Shown here piece by piece: positions 45,071 through 54,061 of a stretch of DNA of 64,000 nucleotides. The position numbers and the translations under genes are program-made. The stretch spans positions 1-64,000 of IMG/VR virus record IMGVR_UViG_3300032174_000002. The stretch is one strand, 5' to 3'. How positions within the stretch are numbered: the first letter of the stretch is position 1; each line of letters begins with the position of its first letter. The DNA comes from a virus. The notes beneath the pieces are model-generated. The model ran no database searches. It saw nothing but the letters and a program-made list of their open reading frames with translations, and had not been told where the DNA came from.

Positions 45071-45823
45071 TTATGCGCGTTCCAGATAGGCGTTGCTTAC
45101 GACCTTCAGGCACACTCGGCCGACTTCCGGCGCGGCCCGTTCCGTCATCGGCTTGACCACGATGCCCTCGCGGAGATGATTCGCGCCCGGAACCTTCGAG
45201 GGTCCCTCGGCCAACGCCAGGATGGCTTCCAGATCAAATGGCGCGCCGCTGGCGATCGTAGGCACCCACGGGAGCGCTGGCGCGAGGTCGCGGGCCTCCT
45301 GCGCGTTGATCCATTCGCTGCCGCTCAGCAGATCGAAGACGGCGATGCAAGCCTCGCCCGGCTTGGAGCCGTACTTGAGATCCTGGACCTGGCCGTAGAC
45401 CTCGCAATAAACCGCGATCTCGGGATGATCGATGAGGAACCGCTTGACCTCGGCGCCGCCGGCCGTGGTGACCAGCGCCTTCCACCAGAGATTGCCCTCG
45501 TTGTAGCGCTTCCATTCAGTGCGGCTGCCGGCGTGGAAGTTCTCGCCGTCGAAGACGTACCGGCCATTGGCGCCGTGAATCTTCTCGGTCACATAGACCA
45601 GCTCGCCAGGCTCGAAGACGGCAGCGTAGCGGCGCAGGCTCTCCACGTCGAATTCGGGGACGATCGAATCGGGCGGAATGTAGGCGCCGATCGCCCGGCC
45701 CGACCAGTCCTCGGTGCGGACGCAGCAAGTGTAGCCGCTGAACACCTTGACCACGCTCAGCGTGTCAGCGTTGGGGTGGGGCAGCAACTCGATCGGCACC
45801 ACTTCGACCCGGTGATCGCTCAT
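45071..45823 (-). CDS. RNA ligase (Rnl2/DRB0094-like)
   Basis: PHPNADTL N-terminus, TEKIHG motif I, EVYG, EGIVVKP, LKVVSNAY. Confidence 0.85.
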   Translation of the reverse strand: MSDHRVEVVPIELLPHPNADTLSVVKVFSGYTCCVRTEDWSGRAIGAYIPPDSIVPEFDVESLRRYAAVFEPGELVYVTEKIHGANGRYVFDGENFHAGSRTEWKRYNEGNLWWKALVTTAGGAEVKRFLIDHPEIAVYCEVYGQVQDLKYGSKPGEACIAVFDLLSGSEWINAQEARDLAPALPWVPTIASGAPFDLEAILALAEGPSKVPGANHLREGIVVKPMTERAAPEVGRVCLKVVSNAYLERA

Positions 45824-46470
45824 CCCTTGCCTCCGTTATTGTAACTATTTGCGGCCCGCCAGTTCCACACCGCCGCGGCCCCCCGGAAGATGTTCAGCGC
45901 CGCCCCGTCCTCGTCCTCGACCAGGTGATGCCGCGGCATCTCGCCGTTCCCGCCCAGCGGTACCAGGAAGCATGGACAGTGCATCAACTCGACCGGGTCG
46001 ACGTCGAGGTCGCCAGCCCTGGCCGCCTCGATCAGCAGCCCCCGGTAGCCGCCGGCAACTTGCAGGCGGTGCCCGGGCTCGACGCCATCTCCTTTCCAGT
46101 CCACGATGGCCAGCAGGTGCTGGAAGAACCGGCCGGCGTAGTCGGGCATGCCGGCGTATTGCCACGTCTCGCTGGCGAGCGGCGTCTCCCAGAGGATCGG
46201 GCGGAGCTTGGCGGCTTCCTTCAAGCGCAGGAACTTCTCATAGCGCGGGAGGACGTGCTCGGCGCCGGCGAAGTCCCAGTCGATCTCGAGGCCCGAGAAA
46301 TCGAGGTCCACGACCTTGTGCGTGGCCGTCCCGCGTTGACGGTAGAACGGGTCGAGGAAAGAGAGATCCTTCAGCATCCCCATGCCGGTGAGGATCTGCG
46401 TCACGCTCGGCAGCACTCGGCCGGCGAGGGTGTACTGATGCAGATCCTCGTTGAAGTCGGGGGCGGTCAT
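45820..46470 (-). CDS. PD-(D/E)XK exonuclease
   Basis: HQYTLAGRVLPSVTQIL, RGTATH, YAGMPD, IVDWK, LQVAGGY. Confidence 0.8.
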   Translation of the reverse strand: MTAPDFNEDLHQYTLAGRVLPSVTQILTGMGMLKDLSFLDPFYRQRGTATHKVVDLDFSGLEIDWDFAGAEHVLPRYEKFLRLKEAAKLRPILWETPLASETWQYAGMPDYAGRFFQHLLAIVDWKGDGVEPGHRLQVAGGYRGLLIEAARAGDLDVDPVELMHCPCFLVPLGGNGEMPRHHLVEDEDGAALNIFRGAAAVWNWRAANSYNNGGKG

Positions 46471-46899
46471 GGTCGCGCCGGCGGTTCCTTCCGACCGAAG
46501 AGTTCGGCCACGACCCACAGCAACAGGATCGCCAGGGCCGCGAGGTGGCCGAGGGCGGCGTTCACCGCCTCGACCCCCGCGCCTCGCGCAGCCGCTCCTG
46601 GTCGCCGAGCAGCTTCTCCTCGGCCGACGGCGAGAGGCGCACGCAGCCGTTCTCGACCGTGACCCAGCCGTGGTCCTCCATGATCGCGATCACCTGCAAC
46701 TCGCAGCAGTGGAACTGCCGCAGGCCGATCGAGCGCGTGGCCGGCCGGCTGACCGTAGCGTTGGCGAGCAGCAAGACGATGCCGGCGAAGATGTAGCGGT
46801 ACTCGTCGCCGAAGGATGTCCCCTTCCAAGTGGTGGCGATCTCCTCCCACCGGCGCTCGGCAAGAACCTTGTGGCCGGGGATGCCGTAGACGCGATCGC

Positions 46900-47280
46900 T
46901 CATCGCCAATCCTCCTTGAACGCGGCGAGGCCGCCCAGCAGCTCGATCACCGCGGCGAGCTGCTCGCGCACCCAGGCCTCAACCAGCGCCTTCACCTCGG
47001 CCGTTGTCAGCGCCTCGAACTTGGCATCGCGCCAGACCAGGTGCTCGCCGCCGGCGAGACGAAGGAGGATGGAGGCATGGGCGCTCGGCGTTGGGCCATA
47101 AGGCCACGAGCCGACCTTGCCGGTCCTGCTGTCGAACGTCATCGCCCCGCCACCCTCTGGTCCCGGCCAGTACCGGGTGCTGATGCTCAGGAGCGGCCCG
47201 TCATAGTCCTTCTTGCCCTGGCAATCGTCGGTCCAACTGGCGGCCGGCCGCAACTCGGTGATCGCACTCTCGCCGCTCAT
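46900..47280 (-). CDS. Hypothetical protein
   Basis: DCQGKKDYDGPLLSISTRYWP; GGAGG RBS. Confidence 0.6.
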   Translation of the reverse strand: MSGESAITELRPAASWTDDCQGKKDYDGPLLSISTRYWPGPEGGGAMTFDSRTGKVGSWPYGPTPSAHASILLRLAGGEHLVWRDAKFEALTTAEVKALVEAWVREQLAAVIELLGGLAAFKEDWR

Positions 47281-47657
47281 CAGATGACCTCCTGGACCGG
47301 AGCCGGAGCCGGAGGCAGCAACGGCGGGATGGTGAAGGGGTCCGACATCTCTAGCGCGACGTTCATGAAGCCGATGAAGCAGGGAACGCATCCAGCGGAA
47401 GGCGCGCGGGTGGCCGCAGGCGCGGCAGGTGATCGGCGGCGTCCACCGCTCGATCCCGGCCGCGATGCGCCGCGCCTCGAACGAGGTGCCGATGCCGGTC
47501 ATGATGGCGTCGGAACAGCGCTGCGAGCAGACGCAGGGCTCGATCGGCTCGCCGCGGCAGCCGCAGTCCACGCCGCTGCAACAGAGGATCGGCTCGAAGT
47601 CCGGTACGGGGCGCCCGCAGCACTCGCAGGAAGCGATCGGGCGATGGGCGGGAGGCG

Positions 47658-47957
47658 TCACGAGTTGCACCACCTGATGAACGACGCGTGTAGCCAGTAG
47701 ATGCCCTCGCACAGCTTGAAGAGGAGCGCGAGGAAGGTGACCACGCCGAGAGCGATCATCATGGTCCAGCGGGGCATGTAGAGCGCCATCCACCAGCCCA
47801 TGTCCGGCTCGGCCCCGGAAAGCTTCATGATGACGCCCAGGCCCTCGGTGCCGATGAATACAACGGCGGCGAGCGCGCAGAGCACCACCTTGGCTGCGAC
47901 GCTGATCGCTCGCCCGGCACCGAGGTAGAGCGACAGGAGGAATCGCTTGACTGTCAC
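47658..47957 (-). CDS. Membrane protein
   Basis: Multiple hydrophobic segments. Confidence 0.55.
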   Translation of the reverse strand: MTVKRFLLSLYLGAGRAISVAAKVVLCALAAVVFIGTEGLGVIMKLSGAEPDMGWWMALYMPRWTMMIALGVVTFLALLFKLCEGIYWLHASFIRWCNS

Positions 47958-48500
47958 GGCTCCTCCTGGTTCGGCCCGAAGTGCATCGTCTCGCACTCGC
48001 CGCACAGCCACGCCCGGCCGCGGAGAAGCTCGGCCCGGCTGGCGTCTCTCCCGAGCCGCTCGGCAAGCGCGTAGTCCGCGGCCGATCCCTGGTAGATCAG
48101 CGGCTCGCCCAGGGCGGCAGCCTTCACGCCATGCTCGAAGGCGGCGCGCGTCCGCTGGTGGAGTAGGGTTCCGTCCTCCTGGCGGAAGGGCAGATCCTTC
48201 GCCGTGAAGTGGTCGGCCGCCATCAATCCGCCTCCCAGTTCTCACGTTCGTAGAGCGATTCGGCCGTCTCGCCGGCTACGACCTCGCCGGCCACGCCCGG
48301 CACTGCAGGAATTTCCCTCGCCCGGATGACCGGCTCGTCGCTCATGAGCACGACAGACTCCGGTTCCTCGGTGCCGTCGTAGTCCGCGCCCCACTCGACG
48401 GCGATCGCCGCGCGCCAGGCGAGCACGGCCTCCGCGAACGAAGGCGCCTCGACGTAGCGCTCCTGGCCATCGAACAGCACCAGGTAGAGCTTGGCCGCGC

Positions 48501-49526
48501 TCACGGCGTCGGCCTCGCCGTGGCGAACAGCCCGCAGATCAGCTCGTAAGGAGGCCCGGCCGCGATCTCCTCCAGCGTCTTCCCGCAGCCGGCCTGCACC
48601 TCGGCGCGGATCTCGGCGGCGCTGTAGCCAGACTGCATGCCGATGGCGATCAGGCGCTTGACTTGGCGCTCGGAGATGACGCCGGAGCTGTGCCACTTCG
48701 CGCGCGCCGGCTCCCACCGCTCGACCGGGATGAGACGGTCGGCCGGCAGTTCGTCGTCGCTGCCCGGCTCGCGGGCCGCCGCCGAGGGCGCGCCGTTCGC
48801 CGTGGCGGGTCCTGCCGGGGGGCTGGCTGCTGCGGCCGGCGCCGCCGCCTTCCCGTTGGCCGCCGCCGGCGTCCCCACAGTCCGCGGCGCCGCACCGTCG
48901 GTCCCGTCCAGCCCCTCCGGCAGGTCCTCGATGTCCTGGTCGAAGATGTCCGAGGCGGCCGTGCTCGACTTCGCGCAGTCCACCCGCCCCCGCTTCGTCG
49001 CCATCTTGAGGACGGTGTTCGCGATGTCGGCGGGCTCGACCCGCACCTGGTCGATCTGCCAGGGACCGCGCTCCCCCTTCATCCACTTCCGCCGCCGGCG
49101 GTCGGCCGGCGTCTCGTTCCACTCCTGCTGGCAGACCGCCTTCCGCCAGCGATACTTCTCCTCGTCGGAGGAGCACTCGCCGACGCCCTCGCCGACGATC
49201 AGCCCGGAGGCGATCGCCCGCGCCCGGACGTGGACCCGATAGTGGACCCGCTCCGGCAGGGCGCTCAGATCCTCGATGGTGATCTCCGGCGCGAGCTGGA
49301 AGGTGACCATGAGCTGCTCGGCGCCTGGCTGCCAGAGCGAGGGCTTGAGGCTGCCAACGATCTTGCCGTAGTGGGTCCCCTCCTGCATCACTTCGCGCAT
49401 CACCTGCTGGACGAGGCGAGTGCGGGCTACGACCTCCGCGACGGTCAGGCGCTGCTCGCCGCTGTGCCGGAGCGGGACGAGGGCGCCGGTGGGCTGGGGC
49501 TGCTCTTCGACGGTGGTAGTGGTCAT
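48501..49526 (-). CDS. Putative single-strand annealing recombinase
   Basis: HYG..G..KPSL..PGAE, GEGVGECSSDEEKY, NTVLKMATKR, ASDIFDQD; in the same block as the exonuclease. Confidence 0.65.
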   Translation of the reverse strand: MTTTTVEEQPQPTGALVPLRHSGEQRLTVAEVVARTRLVQQVMREVMQEGTHYGKIVGSLKPSLWQPGAEQLMVTFQLAPEITIEDLSALPERVHYRVHVRARAIASGLIVGEGVGECSSDEEKYRWRKAVCQQEWNETPADRRRRKWMKGERGPWQIDQVRVEPADIANTVLKMATKRGRVDCAKSSTAASDIFDQDIEDLPEGLDGTDGAAPRTVGTPAAANGKAAAPAAAASPPAGPATANGAPSAAAREPGSDDELPADRLIPVERWEPARAKWHSSGVISERQVKRLIAIGMQSGYSAAEIRAEVQAGCGKTLEEIAAGPPYELICGLFATARPTP

Positions 49527-49574
49527 GGCTGGGTCCTTTCGAGGCGCCCACGCACCGGCCAGCGCCCAGCCGCA

Positions 49575-49603
49575 AGAATAGAGCGGACCGTGCGCTCTGT
49601 CAA
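49575..49603 (-). promoter_or_regulatory. Leftward sigma70 promoter
   Basis: TTGACA-N17-TATTCT. Confidence 0.8.
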
Positions 49604-49629
49604 GCGATGCGACTCTCCGTTGCCTTGAC

Positions 49630-49658
49630 TTGACAACGCGGACGAACTTCCCTACCAT
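49630..49658 (+). promoter_or_regulatory. Rightward sigma70 promoter, probably leaderless
   Basis: TTGACA-N17-TACCAT; ATG at 49666. Confidence 0.8.
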
Positions 49659-49665
49659 CCCGGGC

Positions 49666-49905
49666 ATGGCAAACACCTCCTCACCGCGGACCGACATCGC
49701 CAGGGCGCTCCGGGTCGCACGGGCGCGCCTTGGCATCGAGCAGGCCGAGATGGCGGAGCGCACCGGATGCAGTGCGTCCATGGTGTCGCTGCTCGAACGG
49801 GGTATGCGAGCCCCCAGCGCCGAGCTGCTGGCCGCCTACGCAGCCACCGCCGGCGTCCCTCTGTCGGAGATGCTCCGGTGGGGAGAGGAGGCGAGCGCGC
49901 CATGA
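49666..49905 (+). CDS. XRE/Cro-like HTH regulator
   Basis: LRVARARLGIEQAEMAERTGCSASMVSLLERG. Confidence 0.88.
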   Translation: MANTSSPRTDIARALRVARARLGIEQAEMAERTGCSASMVSLLERGMRAPSAELLAAYAATAGVPLSEMLRWGEEASAP

Positions 49906-50199
49906 GCCGCACGCCGATCAACGATCTCGCCGAGCTGCTCCACAAGGAGGTGCTGCCGCGGATCTACGGCAAGCCCGTCCAGTTCGTGATGCTGGTCTTC
50001 ACCGACGAGCCGGAGGGAGCGGGAGGCGTCCGCGCCGACTGGATCTCGACCGTCAAGCGCGAGGACGCCAACACGGCCGTCGCCGAGTGGCTCCAGCGGA
50101 TGGACCCGGAGATGGCCAAGCGCGTCTTCGACCGCCTGTTGCAGCAGAACCTTACCGGACCCGAGAGGGTCCAGGGATAGCCGAAAGGAGCCAGCCACG

Positions 50200-50853
50200 A
50201 TGACCACCAGGAAGAGAGCGAGGAAGCCGCCGGCAGCGAAGCCAGAGCCCGCGAAGGAAGCGGCTGAGGGACCGACAATCGAGTCGCTGCGCGCCGACGC
50301 GACCAGGCTGTCGGGCCAACTCCTGGCGGCGCAGGCCCGCGTCAAGGCGATGAGAGAGGCGCTCATCTGGTGCAGCGGCGCCAGCGACTTCGCGCCGCCG
50401 GACTACTCGGGCGCGCCGGAAGGAGGTCCGCCGAAGACTCCGGCCGGGAAGGCATATGAGGGATGGGAGAAGATCTGCCGCCCACTCCTCGCGAAGGAAG
50501 CCGCCGCAGCACCGGAGCCGGCAGCCGCAGCAGCGCCCCCAGAGCCGGAGAAGGCGGAAGCCGCCGCGCAGCCGGCCGAGGACGAGGCGAAGCGCCAGGC
50601 CGCGCGCGACGAGTTCAACCGCGCCTTCACCTTGAACGCCGAGGTCCGCATCGACTCCATCGTCGGATCGGAGCCGGCCCGGAGCCTCGAAGGCGACCTC
50701 CGCTCCTACATCGCCTTCCTGGAGCGCAAGTACGGGATGACGGTCCATGCCATCGACTACCAGAAGCGGCCGCGCGGCGAGTACATGCGGGCTACCACTA
50801 CGTTGCTGCCGGAGAAGAGGCGCAGCGGCAACTGGTTCGCCTTGGCCGGCTGA
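50200..50853 (+). CDS. Hypothetical protein
   Basis: AAGGAG RBS; EALIWCSGASDF. Confidence 0.6.
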   Translation: MTTRKRARKPPAAKPEPAKEAAEGPTIESLRADATRLSGQLLAAQARVKAMREALIWCSGASDFAPPDYSGAPEGGPPKTPAGKAYEGWEKICRPLLAKEAAAAPEPAAAAAPPEPEKAEAAAQPAEDEAKRQAARDEFNRAFTLNAEVRIDSIVGSEPARSLEGDLRSYIAFLERKYGMTVHAIDYQKRPRGEYMRATTTLLPEKRRSGNWFALAG

Positions 50854-51276
50854 GCCATGGCGGAGCCCCGCATCATCACCGCCTTCGACGAGATCGCCCA
50901 GCTGGCCATCCGGCTGGGCGTCGTGCCGCTCAACGCCCGGCCGGGCTGCTGGGAGTTCCAGGTGGACGAGCATTGGTGGATCGCGGTCAACGGCCACCGC
51001 GAGTCGCTGAAGTGCTCGAAGGGTGTCGCGGTCGAGCCGTTCAACGCTTACGTGGAGTTCAACGGCTGGCCCGCGGGCAGCTTCAACCCGGCCGGCGGGA
51101 TCATGGCGGCCGGAGAGGCGGCGAACGAGGATGCCTTCATCGCGGCGCTGCGGGCTGCGGTTCCGGCGCTACGACGCCCAACGCCGGCGGATGGCCGAGG
51201 TTCCGACCTCCCTGGTGCCGGCCTCTGCTGGCGAGGTGCGGGAGTTGATCGGGCGGCTGTTCGGAGGCGCCGGGCG

Positions 51277-51525
51277 ATGAGAGCGGCGAAGGATTGGGAC
51301 TGGCGCAGCCGGCACGAGCGCATCCTGGCCCTCCTGGGACGCAACGCCAACGCCGGCGTGGATGGCGTCGCGACCGTGCGAGAGATCGCCCAGCAGCTCG
51401 ACGTCGGCTATCAGCTCACCCTCCGCGACCTCTGGGCGCTCGCTTCCCAGGGCAAGATCACGATGAAGCGCCGCGAGCGGGACGGGCGGCTATTTCCTTC
51501 GATCCGACAGGAGAATGCTCTATGA
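51277..51525 (+). CDS. Winged-HTH protein (LexA DBD-like)
   Basis: RHERILALL...ATVREIAQQLDV...DLWALASQGKI; ATGA start. Confidence 0.6.
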   Translation: MRAAKDWDWRSRHERILALLGRNANAGVDGVATVREIAQQLDVGYQLTLRDLWALASQGKITMKRRERDGRLFPSIRQENAL

Positions 51526-52189
51526 AGGACAGCGATTCCGGGACGCAGAAAGGCCTGCTGCGCAGCCGCCAGACCCTCGAAGCGGTTATGGCGTTCCTCC
51601 ACGAGGTCAAGTCGTTCGACATCGCGCCGGTCAAGATCGCCTTCGACAAGGCGCGGCGGCACTGCAAGGCGCTCGGCCAGGATCTCTTCGAGGCGGACAT
51701 GGCCTCGCAGCTGCGGGCCGGCGGCCCACCGGCCGGCCCCTGTTCGAGCAGGAAGCCGAGGAGCGCGCCGCGGCCGACCGGGCCGAGCTGGTACGGCAGG
51801 CGACCGGCGATGCGCCTCCCGATGCCGTGCCCGAGGCCGAGAAGAAGAAGCGCGGCCGACCCAAGAAGCGGGCGCCCGAGGGACCGCCAGCCGAGGATGC
51901 TGCGCCGCCCGAGGTCACCCCGGAGCCGCCGGCCGAGGAGCCCCAGGCCTCGGAGCGCGCCACGGTCACCTATGAGCTGCGCCGCGACACCAACATGGGC
52001 GGGGCCACCTACGCCTGCCGCCTGGTGAGCCGGGGCGGCCCTCCCGTTCTGACCGGCCTGTCTCGGCCGATCGAGCCCCGCGAGCTGGCGGCCATGACGC
52101 TGGAGAATCTTCCCTCCCTGGCCTACGACGAGACGCCCGAGATGCTCGGATGGGCGGCGGGGCAACTGCGGGCGATCGAGCCCGGCTGA
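51522..52189 (+). pseudogene. Hypothetical protein split by an apparent 1-nt frameshift near 51740
   Basis: MKDSDSGTQK... joins LFEQEAEER... if CCCC were CCCCC. Confidence 0.5.
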
Positions 52190-52247
52190 GCCGGTAAAAT
52201 CCCGCGCCGGTTGTAAAAAGCCGGCGAGATTCCGATGAGGTGAAGCG

Positions 52248-53105
52248 ATGCAGCGATACACGCAGGAGTTGATTACCAGCGTCGGACACCCAGAGGATGG
52301 ACACACCGCGCAGGCAACCGTCGAGCCGGTGATGGTGCCGCGGCCGGCCGGCGAGTGGGTGCGGTTCGCCGACGTACCCCTGGCGACGATCACCGCACTC
52401 AACATCGCCGAGCGCGACTGCGAAGCGGCCGTCGGCAAGGCGACAAACGCCGAACGCGAGCGCGATGCGGCCCGCCAGTCCTTCGCCGACACCGAGAATG
52501 CGCGCCTCGCTTTACTCGCCGAGTTGCGCATCGTCCAGGTCGGCAGGGACACGGCGCAGCGTGAAGTGGTGCGTGAGCACGACGGCAGGGTCGCGGCTGC
52601 CCGCGAGCGCGACGCCGCACTGAAGCTCGCCGAAGAACGCTCCCTGGCGGCAGGGATAGCCGAGGAAGCGCTACGGAAGGATGCAGCCGTCATCCAAGCC
52701 CTGAACGCGCAGTGCGAAGCGGACAGGGCCAGGGCAGGCGCCGCGGAGAAGGCGTTGGAGACAGCGCGCGCGGACCGGGACGTCCTCACCCGCATGCTGG
52801 CCGAGACTCGCGCGGACGCCATCCTGCTCGCGGCGTTCCCGCGCCTCCGGGAAGTCATCGCCGGGCCTAGTGCCGCGCCGGTAGAACGGCCAGGCGGCGG
52901 CTGGAGCTACGACATGGAAGCCGCGCCGCGAGACGGCAGTTCCAGGGACACGATCGAGTTGGCGACGGAGGAGGGCGTCCTGGTCGGCTTCTGGCACCTC
53001 AGTCGCGAGTGGCTGGCGCCGCGCAGTCTTGCGCCCTTGCCGACTCCGTACGCCTGGCGCCGCGTGCGAATTCCACCGCGGCCGGCCGCCACCGAGGGGA
53101 GCTGA
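52248..53105 (+). CDS. Coiled-coil protein with a C-terminal APRDG motif
   Basis: Heptad-rich, WSYDMEAAPRDG. Confidence 0.6.
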   Translation: MQRYTQELITSVGHPEDGHTAQATVEPVMVPRPAGEWVRFADVPLATITALNIAERDCEAAVGKATNAERERDAARQSFADTENARLALLAELRIVQVGRDTAQREVVREHDGRVAAARERDAALKLAEERSLAAGIAEEALRKDAAVIQALNAQCEADRARAGAAEKALETARADRDVLTRMLAETRADAILLAAFPRLREVIAGPSAAPVERPGGGWSYDMEAAPRDGSSRDTIELATEEGVLVGFWHLSREWLAPRSLAPLPTPYAWRRVRIPPRPAATEGS

Positions 53106-53544
53106 GGCATGGAGATCACGCTCCGCAGCACCAGCAAGATCGTCACCGTCAACGGTAACGTGCAGGCGCGGGTTTGGGAGGGAGCGACCGCTTCGGGAAC
53201 GCCGATCACGGCCCTGGTGACCCGGATCGTCGTAGCGGAAGACGCCGGCGCCGAGCGGCATGCCGAGTTCGAGCGCGAGCTGCAAGAGACCGCCGCGCCC
53301 ACGGGCGTGAACGAGGCATTCCCTCTCCGCCTGATCCTCTGATGCGCCGCTCCCCGAAATCCCGCTTGCGCCGCCGGCGCCAGGACCCCGGCCCCAAGCC
53401 GGTCGTCTTGGAAGACGGCGACCCGCGCATCGTACCTGACTGGACCGGGCAATGTACCGTCTGCGGCAACTCGCCCATCGTGCCGCTGACCGGCCTGTGC
53501 GGGCCCTGCACTTGGGGCGAGGCCGAGACGGCTGGAGGAAACTG

Positions 53545-53874
53545 GTGACCGAGCGCGTCATGACCCCTGGCCACCTCCTCGCCGGCCCCGCGGAGGACCA
53601 CTACGTCCTCCGGGTCGTGGGCGACATGGCGGCAGAGGACGGCATCCAAGACGGAGACCTCCTGGTGCTGCTGCGGGCCGAGGCGCGCCCGGGCGACGTC
53701 GCCGCGGTGCTGGTCGGCGGGGACTGCTACCTGCGCCGCTACTTCCCGGAGGGCGCCACGGTCAGGCTGGATGCGCTCGGCCGCGGTAGGCCCGCGATCT
53801 CTGTCCCGGCCGCGGATATCAAGGTCCAGGGCGTCGTGGCCGGGCTGATGCGGAAGTACCGGAGGGGAGCGTGA
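53545..53874 (+). CDS. Stand-alone LexA/S24 peptidase-like domain lacking catalytic Ser/Lys
   Basis: HYVLRVVGDMAAEDGIQDGD...GDVAAVLV...YLRRY...IKVQGVVAGLMRKY. Confidence 0.8.
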   Translation: MTERVMTPGHLLAGPAEDHYVLRVVGDMAAEDGIQDGDLLVLLRAEARPGDVAAVLVGGDCYLRRYFPEGATVRLDALGRGRPAISVPAADIKVQGVVAGLMRKYRRGA

Positions 53875-54061
53875 GGGCCCTCTCCCGCCTCGCCAGGCAT
53901 CTCGGCAAACGGACGCGCTGGTGCCTGTTCGTGGCAGCGAGCGCGGCCACCGCCAACCGCCTCGGGACCTGGCCTGCGCCAGCGGACTGCGCCAGCCGCG
54001 CCGATGAGCTCGAGGCCGAGTATCAGGAGCGCTTCGGCAGGAAGCGCAAGAAGGGGGCTGC

